Position numbers and translations under genes: made by a program. This document shows positions 1 to 9,803 of a stretch of DNA of 64,000 nucleotides, one piece after another. This stretch comes from Rebecca billardiae RCC1528 (lineage: Eukaryota; Protista; Haptophyta). Each line of letters starts with the position of its first letter. Within the stretch, counting starts at the first letter, position 1. The stretch spans positions 4,154,001 to 4,218,000 of the forward strand of contig OZ251222.1 of NCBI GenBank assembly GCA_965240325.2. Reading direction: 5' to 3'. The notes beneath the pieces are model-generated. The model had not been told where the DNA came from, searched no databases, and worked only from the letters and a program-made list of their open reading frames with translations.

Positions 1-1071
1 TTGTCGAGCGCGCCGCGCCTGGCGCTGACAGCGGCGGCGGCGGCGGCCACAGTGACGACGGCGGCGATGAGAGGTCGGGCCCCAAGCCGGGCGGCGTGGA
101 CGTCGGCGCTTCGCTGCATTACCACGGCGGCGCGGCCGCGCCGCTCATGCTCGTCAAATCGAACCGGCCGTCCGCCCTGCGAGCGGCCCTCGAGAAGCTG
201 CCGCCGGGCTCCCAGGTGCTCGCGCCCGACGGCCGCGCCGTGCAGCTGCGTGCGGGCGTTCTGATCGCGCGCGTCACGGCGGTCGAGGTGTGCGGCCACT
301 TCTGCCGAGAGCGGCCGCACATGCTGGCGGAGGAGCCCGAGCTGCGCGGTGTGCCACTGCGCGCGCTCGTCGCTGGCGGCTTCCATTGCTGCGCGCTCAC
401 GTGCGCCGGCCAGTTGTACACCTTCGGCGACACGGTGTGCGCGCGTCCATGCGTGGCGGGCCGAGGCGGCACGTCCGTGCCGGGCACCGTGCCCGCTCGC
501 GCGCGCTCATCCGTCCCTCGCCCTCCGCGCGCGCTGCGCGCCGTTTCGTGCCGCGCCGCAGGTCGGCCGGGACCTCTCGAACGGGAACCTCCTCGGGCTG
601 GGCGCCGAGCCCATCCTGCTCGGCTGCCCGCCCCGGCGCGTGGGCTTCCTGGGCGAGGTGCGCGAGGTGAGCGCCTCCACGTACATGTCGGTTGCGATCA
701 GCGAGGGCGGCGGCGTGTTCACGTGGGGCGACTCGGACGGCGGCGCGCTCGGGCACAGCCAGCGCGAGTGCGACGTGCCGACGATGGTGAGCGCGCTCGC
801 GGGGCTCGACGCGGCGTACGCTGCCGCGTCGTACACCAACGGCGGCATCGTCACCGCCGAGGGGCGCGCCTTCATGTGGGGCGGCACTGACTGGGAGTAC
901 GGCATCACGCGCGACTCGGCAGTTGGCGCGCACGATGGGCCGCGCGAGCTGCGCTGGGGCGGCGTGCCCGCGTGCTACAAGTGCTCCTCGATGGCGCTCG
1001 CGCACCGCCACGGCTACCTGCTCTTCCGCAAACAGCGGGTGCACACATCTAGCAGTTCGCCTGCGCCATGA
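1..1071 (+). CDS. RCC1/BLIP-II repeat protein, 5'-partial; exons <1..434 and 562..1071 (intron 435..561)
   Basis: RCC1 repeats (LVAGGFHCCALTCAGQLYTFG, VSASTYMSVAISEGGGVFTWGDSDGGALGH, GIVTAEGRAFMWG) lie in two frames. A GT..CAG intron joins them in frame (FGDT|VGRDL). Confidence 0.8.
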
Positions 1072-1231
1072 TGGATTGACGATGACGGCCGCCGGATCGT
1101 CATCGCGCGGCAGCGGTGAGCGCGGATGCTGAGTGGTGACTCCGACTCGCGTCGAGTCCGACGTCCGAGTGGCGAGTTACCGACTCCGTCTCCGTCGTCC
1201 GCAGCATGCTGATGGGTGTCGTCCGATGGGC

Positions 1232-1280
1232 CGGTGACAGTTGGCGGGCGTCAATCTCGCGCCTGCTTGAGCTGGTGTGC
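1232..1280 (+). repeat. ~50-bp dispersed motif, second copy at 35465..35510
   Basis: cggtgacagttggcgggcgtcaatctcgc is identical at both loci and is followed by near-identical ctgcytgagctg(g)tgtgc. Confidence 0.8.
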
Positions 1281-1304
1281 TAACTACTACCTTATCCATA
1301 GTAT

Positions 1305-2284
1305 CTCTTTGTTGGCCGCGGGGAAGATACGCTAGCGTATCTTCGATGGCGCCCCGGCGCGCGTGAGCTCTGACGGCGCGTAGGAGGCGCGCGCGAGGGC
1401 GGCCGCGGGCGCGATTGATGCCTGGGACCTCAACGACAACTCACATGACGAGACATTCTCTTCTGATGCCGATGACGGCCCTCCAGAGGCGACCGCGCTC
1501 GACGACGGTCGTGATTTGGACGACTGCGGCGCTGCGCGGCGTGAGGCGGAGGAAAGCGGCGCGGCGCAGGGCTTCGAGTGGGCTGTGGCGATGGAGCAAC
1601 TTATCATCGTCAACGCCATCGCCCCGAGTGCCACCGCGCTGCCGCACGCCACGCCAGTTGCGCCAGTGCAAGCTACGCGCGGCCGCTGCGGCACGAGCCG
1701 GGGGCGTGGCCAGCAGCGCGGTGGCCGCGGTGCCTGAGCAGGGCGTTGCAGGTGCGACCAGCGCGCCGCTGCCACCGCGCGCTCGTCAACAGTTGATGGA
1801 GTCGCGAATGCCGTACGTCCCGCCGACTAGCCCGCCCTGTGTGCTGTCGCCGTGACCCCTCAATGCTGTTGGTCGTCCGACGACGAGCTGCCGAGCGCGT
1901 CGCTGAGCGTGTCGCTCAAAACGTCAGTCGTGGAGCTCTCTGACGTGCGCGGCGCTTGCTGCCCATTAAGTCAATCATGTTGGGCACCTCCTGGGGCACC
2001 TCTGGCTGAAGTCTTAGCCTCTGAGGTCTCGAACATAGCCGGCGCTAGCGTACTACCGGCACCCTCAAAAGGAAGATACGCTAGCGTCCTTCGACTTTTG
2101 GACGGTTCCGGCGGTCGGACGGTCGCCTGCGGCACCTGACGCCCAAACCCGAGCGGGTCCCAAGGTTTTCGAGGTCGCTGAACGCATTTGCCGCTGGGGC
2201 CGAGGTCTGAAAACCAAGCGATTGCGGCGTTTTTCGCGATTTTGTGGTCGGAAGGACGCTAGCGTATCTTCGGCCAACAAAGAG
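1305..2284. mobile_element. Putative non-autonomous TIR DNA transposon (MITE-like, ~980 bp)
   Basis: Left end ctctttgttggccg(cggg)gaagatacgctagcgt is the reverse complement of right end acgctagcgtatcttcggccaacaaagag. The gaagatacgctagcgt motif recurs internally at ~2072. No transposase and no clear TSD. Confidence 0.65.
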
Positions 2285-2356
2285 GTAATACTTAGTTACC
2301 GCCCTCCCCGCAAGTGTCGGCGGGCTGACGGCTCCCAACCGACACACAGCCGCGGC

Positions 2357-2515
2357 ATGCTCATGAGCACGGTGGACGGCGTGCAGCCGGGCAGCGTGGT
2401 GGTGCTGTCCGGGCTGACGGCGCGCGCCGAGCTGAACGGCGTGCGGGCGCGCGTCGTCTCCTTCGACGCGCCGAGCCGCCGCTACCGCGTCGAGCTGCTC
2501 GGCGCTGCCGCCGGT

Positions 2516-2549
<34 letters not shown>

Positions 2550-5413
2550 CGCGTCTGCTCGTGAGCCCGGAGCACCTCGTGCCGCACGCGATCTGCGTGG
2601 CCCTGATCGACGCCGGGCGCGGCTCCGAGTACGTGCTTGCGCTGTGTCTTGCGTGCGTCGAGCAGCCCGACCGCGCCCTCGCCGCGCTCGACGAGCTCGG
2701 CTGCGCGCTCGCGGAGCGCGGCTCCGAGGCCGCGCGCGCGCTGCGCGAGCGCTCGCTCGCGGCCACCGCGCCCGGCCTGGGCGGCGCGCGCGCGCTGCAC
2801 GGCGCGTGCCGGGGCGCGTGGACGGGTCTCATCTCGCGCCTGCTCGAGCTCGGCGCCGACCCGAACGCGCGGAAGGACAACGGCGCGACCGCGCTGCACA
2901 CGTGCTTGCACGCTTGCGGCCGGGCGCGCGCCGCCGGCGACCACGCCGTGTGCGCGCGCGCGCGCGAGTGCGTGCGGCTGGTGCTGGCGTGCGAGCGCAC
3001 GCGTGTGTCGGAGCTGAGCTCGCCGCCCGTGCTCGCGGGCTTCGCCGCGCTCTTCCCCGTGCCCACTGACCCCGGCGTGCTGCACGACCTCCGCCCGCCG
3101 CCCGACGCGGCCGGCAGCGCGCTCGCCGAGACAGCCGCCGCGCTGCTTGCTGGCGTCGACCCGAGCCCGCGCGGCGCCACGTTCAACGGCGCGGCGCTGG
3201 CGCTCGCACGGGGCGACGTGGACTGCGCGGAGCTGCTCGCGCTCTTCGGCGCGGACGTGGACGCGCCGTGGGGCGCCTTGCCGCCCTCCACCGCCGATCA
3301 GCTCAGCGCCGCCGCGGTTGCCGCCGCCACCGCGGCGGCGCGCACCGTCAGCGCGCGCAGGATGTCGGCCGCGCCTGCGCTTGAGTGCGTCGCGGCGCGG
3401 TTGCGGCTGCGCGCGGCCGCGCAGATCTTCGGGGCGGAGGGCCGCGCGGTGCGCGCGTTCCTCGGCGCGTGCGCGGCGCGGCGCGGCGTCGAGCCCGCGC
3501 GCGCCAAGCTGCACGCACGCCTCGCCTCCACCCTCGCCGCGTGCGACCGCGAGGGGAAGCGCCCCGAAGCGTACGCGGCCGCGACACTTCTGGAAGTTTC
3601 CACGCACGCCGAGGACGGCGCGCGCGCGGCGTGCTGGCGCGCGGCGCGCGTGCAGAGCGCGCGGCTCGGGGCGACCACGGCGAGCGAGGAGGGCACGGCG
3701 ATGACGCGCCTCGCGCTGCGCCTCGCCGAGCACGCCACCGCGCGCTGGCCCGACGCGGCGCAGAGCTGGCTCACGCTGTGCTGCGCGCTGCTCGGCTCAG
3801 CCGGCGGCGAGGTGCGCGCGAGATTGCAATCTCCGCCGAGCCGCGCACGCGTGGGGCGGACGGGCGGCTCGCGCGTGGGGCGGGGCCTGGGTGAGGGCTC
3901 GAGGGCAGGGCGAGGGCATGGTGCCCGCGCGTGCGGCGGACGGCCCGCCGCTCCGTCACGCAGCCCACAACACCCTAACCCTAACCTGAACGCTAACTCC
4001 CGCGCGCGCCCCGCGCAGGAGGCGGGGGCGAACGCCGAGCGGATTGAGGCCGCCGCCGAGCGCTGCCGCCGCGCGGCAGACGCGGCGGCGGTGGCTGCGG
4101 GAAGTGGCGGCGGTGGCCCGGTCGGCGCGGTGGAGCAGAGCGCCGTGCTGGCCGTTGCGCGCGCGGCGGTCGGCGCCGAGCTGGGTGAGTCCTGGGCGCC
4201 GGCGCACCCGGCCGCCGTCGCCGCGCGGCACGCGGCGTACGCGCGGCGCAAGCGCACGCGCGAGGCGACGCTCAGCGCGGCGCAGGCGGCGGCGAGCCGC
4301 GGCGAGTTCGACGCCGCGCACGCTCTCGCGACGGACGCGCTCGCGGACGCGCGCGCGCGGCTCTCAGACGTGCAGGCAGCAGACGCGGCCGAGGGCGTTG
4401 AGCTCGAGCTGGCGCGCGGCGCGGTGATGCGCGCGGCGATGATGCTGAGCGGAATCGAGGCGCAGCTCGCGAGGCTCGCGCTGCGCCGCGCCGCCGCCGC
4501 CGACGACGACAGCCCGTCGGCGGCGCGTCAGGGGCGAGTGTACGGGGCGCGCGCCGAGCCGTTTGCGACAGGCGCGCCCGCCGCCGCCGCGGAGGTGGCC
4601 GAAGCCGACCCTGCCGCCGGTCCCGCCGCCGCCGCCGGCGGCGGCCGCGCCGACGCGCGCGCCCGGCTGGCGCGCGCGCACGAGCTGATGGCCGCGGCGT
4701 CAGACGCGTGCGGCGGCGCGGTGCAGCCGCTGCTGCGCGCGTACAGTGGCGGGCTGCTGCTCGCGCTCGGCGGCGGCAGCGGCGGTGCCGGCGGCGGGCC
4801 CGCCGGCGCCGACGCAAACTGCCGCCGCGAGATTGTCCGCGAGATCAAGCGCCACCTCGCGCAAGCCGCCGCGACCGACAGCTGGGCGGTGCGAGTGAGC
4901 GCGACCGAGCTGCGCGGGCAGCTGGCGCAGTGGAGCGAGCTGCGCGGTGCGCTCGCGGGCGGCGGCGCCGAGGCGGAGGCGGAGGCGGCGCGCGCTGAGG
5001 TCGAAGTCGCGCGCGCGCTCGCGCGCGCGTTCGCAGAGCACGGCGCCGCCGTGCTCGGCCGGGCCCGCGACGCGCACGCGGGCGACGGCGGCGGCGGCGC
5101 GCGCGAGCGCTCGCGTGTCGCCGCGTGGGCCATGCGCGCCGCGCTCGAGCTCGATGCGGGCGTGGAGGTGCCGGAGGAGCTGAGCGCCGCCGCGCGCCGC
5201 GCAGTGCAGAGCGAGTGCGCCGTGGCGTGCGCGCACTGCGGCGAGCGCTCGCGCGACGCGGCCGACGCCGAGGCCGGTGGCGCGGCCGGCGGTGGCGGCA
5301 GGCTGCTGGCGTGCCCGTGCCGTGGCGCCTTCTACTGCAGCAAGGCGTGCCAGCGCGCGGCGTGGCGCGAGCACAAGCGCGTGTGCGCCGCGCGCGGAGC
5401 ATCGTCGTCATAG
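2357..5413 (+). CDS. Ankyrin-repeat protein with N-terminal SH3-like barrel and C-terminal MYND zinc finger; probable in-frame intron 3812..4018
   Basis: Ankyrin motifs LISRLLELGADPNARKDNGATALH and DCAELLALFGADVD. MYND CAHC...CPC...YCSKACQRAAWREHKRVC. The 207-bp GT..CAG segment with ccctaa repeats reads as an intron. Confidence 0.8.
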
Positions 5414-5799
5414 ATAGCGCCGCGGCGCAATGCGCTGAGCTCAGTCGGAGCGGCTCCGGGCACGTCCGACTGCTGAGTGCTGAGCTGAGCACTAGTAGTG
5501 CGCTCCGAAGTCGTTGACTCGAGGTCGATATACTCGTCCGCGCGGCCTAGCCGGCTGATGAGAATCTACTTATTCAACTTCTGCCGAACTTGCCGCTGCC
5601 CTGACTCAGACTCAGTCTCAGTGCCTCGGGGCAGTACTGTCTCACTCACAGTCTGCTGCTGTAGACTGAGTGCCGCGATAGTACAGTCCGGTGTTATTAA
5701 TCGGCGGTGATGTACTGTAGCCAGTCACGCGGTCCGCGACCACGTCCGGATGACACCGCACTCCGCCGCAGCCGTCCGGATCACTATATATATATATAT

Positions 5800-6671
5800 G
5801 TGGCGTTATAGGGAACCTATAACTGAGTGTCTATGAGCGACGCCAAGAATCCGGCTCGCACGGCATTCCTGCGTTGTCCTGTGCGCACCGCCGCGCGCAG
5901 GCGGAGTCCTGGTGCGCTGCCAATCTGGCCCACAGCGGCGCACCTGCAGGACTCGGTTGGTTACCGCTCACATCGGATCGATCAGGCTTCACTCTCGGGG
6001 GCGCCATGGGGCTGCTCACGACGAAGGCGCCGAGCTGGGCAAGGGAATCGCCTGCATCGGGCACTGCCGGGTGCACGCTCCGCTGCAGGAGGTGCACCGC
6101 AGTCGCCGCAGCCCCTCTGCTCGGTAAGGTCGCTGGCTGTCTGTGTGGCCCGGCTCCCCGCCTGATCGTTCGGCGGCGCGACGTCATCATCTGTCTTCGC
6201 CGCGTCGCCCCTCATGCAATGGTCTCTTGCTCTCGCCGCTGTCGCGTCAACCCGCACGCTTCATCGTTTGAGATACGCGCTCGCCTCGCGCCCGTGCGTC
6301 GCGCGGGTGCGGCGCACTCTGACGCGTGTCTGCTCGCCGCGCGTCGCGATCGATCGTGCGCGCGCGGCCGCGCAGTCCTCGTCTCTTCTATTTCTAAACG
6401 GGATTCATCAACGACTACTTGGACGCCCGCTCCAACTTATAAACGGGACTCGCGGGCGCCCTCTCGACCTCGGGCAGCAGCTCAACCGCCACGCCGCTGC
6501 CAGCGCCCGCTGTCGTTCGTTGCTCAAATCCCAACATAGCTAACCTGATCGTTCCATGATTGATCATTGTGGTCTGTCTACTCCACGACGCCGCGCGCCG
6601 CGACCATCCAGCTCCAGAGTCCATTCGTACCCGACGCCTTGTACGAGCCGGGCATGGCGGAGTGGCTAGAC
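5800..6671 (+). mobile_element. Repeat family A, copy 1 (872 bp; GTGGCG...CTAGAC), preceded by (TA)n
   Basis: Nearly identical to 6672..7447 and homologous to 25337..25747 (minus). 5' hairpin gttatagg-GAA-cctataac. Non-coding. Confidence 0.75.
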
Positions 6672-7447
6672 GTGGCGTTATAGGGAACCTATAACTGAGT
6701 GTCTATGAGCGACGCCAAGAATCCGGCTCGCACGGCATTCCTGCGTTGTCCTGTGCGCACCGCCGCGCGCAGGCGGAGTCCTGGTGCGCTGCCAATCTGG
6801 CCCACAGCGGCGCACCTGCAGGACTCGGTTGGTTACCGCTCACATCGGATCGATCAGGCTTCACTCTCGGGGGCGCCATGGGGCTGCTCACGACGAAGGC
6901 GCCGAGCTGGGCAAGGGAATCGCCTGCATCGGGCACTGCCGGGTGCACGCTCCGCTGCAGGAGGTGCACCGCAGTCGCCGCAGCCCCTCTGCTCGGTAAG
7001 GTCGCTGGCTGTCTGTGTGGCCCGGCTCCCCGCCTGATCGTTCGGCGGCGCGACGTCATCATCTGTCTTCGCCGCGTCGCCCCTCATGCAATGGTCTCTT
7101 GCTCTCGCCGCTGTCGCGTCAACCCGCACGCTTCATCGTTTGCCCGCCCGCCCACCCTCGGCCTCTGGCGGATATGGAAGCACTGCAGTGTCAGCGAGCC
7201 ATCAGCCTTAATCGACCTTGCTCAGTGACTGACGACTCGCGGGCGCCCTCTCGACCTCGGGCAGCAGCTCAACCGCCACGCCGCTGCCAGCGCCCGCTGT
7301 CGTTCGTTGCTCAAATCCCAACATAGCTAACCTGATCGTTCCATGATTGATCATTGTGGTCTGTCTACTCCACGACGCCGCGCGCCGCGACCATCCAGCT
7401 CCAGAGTCCATTCGTACCCGACGCCTTGTACGAGCCGGGCATGGCGG
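6672..7447 (+). mobile_element. Repeat family A, copy 2 (head-to-tail with copy 1, 3' end slightly truncated)
   Basis: Junction ctagac|gtggcg. Followed by (TA)n and a third start, gtggcgttata, at 7461. Confidence 0.75.
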
Positions 7448-7667
7448 GATATATATATATGTGGCGTTATATGACCGCGTTCCGCGGTCCCGTTTTCTGC
7501 ATAGAATCAACGCAGTTGGGGGCCCGCGGTGGCCGTGCAATCGCGGCTCTCCGCCGTAGTGGCAGTTCGCCAGTTGAAGTCGGTTCTGAGATGACTGAAG
7601 CTATATTAGTCCGACCGTCGCCCTGCCTGCGCGACCGCGAGACTCATTCACACTTATTCACACAATC

Positions 7668-9467
7668 TTCGAGCATGTCAAGGCGCACTCTGCTGACGAT
7701 GCTGCTGCGCGACACCTCAGCCCCACACACAACCCGGGGGACCAGCACTGCACTGTCAGCCAACACAGTGTGGCGGCTTTGCGCCAAGCAGGGATGAACC
7801 CCAAAACCCTGCTCAACGCATGCAGCGATGCGGGGGCCAAGCTCTGCTGCTCTGACCCCGCAACCCCCTGTGTGACTCACAAGAGAGGTGGCCACCCAAA
7901 TGCGGGTTCCCATGCAATGGTACAGCTGGCCGATGGAGAGCCAGTGGCAGGCCGAATCAAGCCCCTTGTGTATGACAGTGTGCTATCACAAAGGGCAACC
8001 CACCTGCAAGTCACCAAGTCCAGCTGTGACTTGGTGGGTGAATGGACCGGCGTGTGGCCAGAGGCCTCCACTGGCGTACTACGGACCTGGCAGGCCAACA
8101 CTGTGCCTGCCTACTACATACTCCACCACGGATATGAGTTCCTGCAGCCTGCTGCCTTGCGAGACCCGACGTTGCTCTCTGTGCGATTCCAGTCGGGGGC
8201 GGCATTTAGCGATGCCTGCCCCCTCTGCGATCATGCTCCACTGCTACATCCAGCGCCAGATACTGAGCACCACCTCTTCTCTGAGTGCCCTGAGGTCGAT
8301 GCCTACCGAATGGCTGCTGCCAGAAGCGTATCGCATGTAATTGAGCCATTCATGCAGGGACAGGCTGCAGCATGGAACTTGGCACGTCACTTGTGCTCTG
8401 GGGCTGCTCTCATGGGCAGGGTGCCCAGCACACTGAAGACCACTGTGGGGGGCAACGTGCATCTCGGCAGGACCATGCACGTGGCCTTACTGAAGGCAGG
8501 GCTAGGCATCATGCAGGCCCGCAAGGACGTGGACTCCCAGCTGTCGAAGGCAGGACGTCTCCTTCGACATGCCAGGGAGCTTCGGCCGCCGCCTGGGCAC
8601 GGCCCAGGGGGGCAGCCCCCACCCCCACAGGCACAGGCAGGCCCGGGAGGGGCGATTGCCATGAATAATCAGTTGCAAGGACCACCTGTCATCCAGCAGC
8701 AACCCCCTGCCCAGGCTGGCCAGGGCTGGCAGGCAGGCGCGGGGCAGGCCAACCTGCACCAGCCCATAGCGCGCGGTCACCACGTGCGCCCCCAGTCACT
8801 CTCGCAGGCGTGGCCCCTTCAGCGTGCTCGCCCCCTCCCTATGGTGATTGCGTGGCCTCTGCAGCCTGCCACACCTCTTGTGGCATGGCCGCTCCAATAT
8901 GCCACCCCGCTGGCTCGCAGCAATGTGGGTCCGCCGGACAATATGTTGACACATGGGGGCCCTGAGATGGAGGCAGACCCGGCTGCTGGCAGTCACACTG
9001 GTAACGGAGCTCACAGCGACCTTACACAGTCAGACACTGGACAGCAGGCCGCACAGCCGCCTGCTGGCTCTGCCAGGCCACCGGCAGCCCCCAGGCGCGG
9101 GCTGCCTCCTCCTAGTCAAGCGCAGCAGGACAGCCCCCCGCCCAAACGACACTGCCCACCCCGCCAGGCAAATGTGCCGCAGCGGAGCACGCTACCCCCT
9201 GCACAGCGCAGCAGGAAGAGGCGAGCGAACGACACCTCCCCAGGCGTATTAGCCATCGCCACCACTTTGCTTGCTTCCTACAGCGGCCCACGCCCGGACT
9301 TGATGCCCGATGTAGCACACATGTCTGACATGACCCCCTCTGCCTCCATAGCTGCACGAGTGAAATACAGGCGCCTCGCTGCCAGGGCCAGTGGCCCAGA
9401 CCCCTGCCCAGCTACTGGGCTCGATGACAGTCCCCTCAGCTCCCTTCCCCGCGCAGGGATCGGCTAG
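7668..9467 (+). pseudogene. Truncated retrotransposon ORF2-like reading frame (RT and endonuclease missing)
   Basis: ORF 7770..9467 extends in frame upstream to the insertion junction. It has three AWPLQ repeats in a Pro/Gln-rich C-terminal half. Confidence 0.65.
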
Positions 9468-9803
9468 TGGCTGGCCCTCTGCCCACACTGGGGCACCCTA
9501 GGGGGTGCCCCTGCTGCCGACTCGGCTCAAACTCGATGATCTTGAATTGCAAGGCCGTACACTGCTTGTACCTGGGACCACCCCACAGTGTTGGGCTCGT
9601 ATGCTGTTGGCAATGGCATACCCCCGCCCCCTCTGGAGGCGGGCTGTCCACAGTGGAGTGGTGTCAAGACACTAGGTGTCTCGGTCAGTGGTTTGAGGTT
9701 GGGTGAGGGTGGTGGTTGGTTGGGGGCTGGCCAGGGTAGGGCTGGAGGCTTCGGCCGCCAGCCTGATCACCCGGAGCCCGTTATTATAAAGGGGAATTTT
9801 AAA
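7668..9803 (+). mobile_element. 5'-truncated non-LTR retrotransposon (RNase H C-terminus, CCHC-type zinc finger, low-complexity tail, 3' UTR)
   Basis: Absent from the paralogous site (cacacaatc|acagcagc at ~27500). The frame is open from the junction and reads FEHVKAHS...LNACSDAGAK (RNase H-like HVKAH and N..D..AK), then CPLC...DTEHHLFSEC. Visibly CpG-poor relative to host genes. Confidence 0.75.

Noticed and set aside
3972-3997. True or interstitial telomere
   Set aside because: Only two perfect units, inside a probable intron.
5827-7560. Duplicated short ORFs in family A and family B repeats
   Set aside because: They are disrupted or altered by indels between copies and carry no protein motifs.
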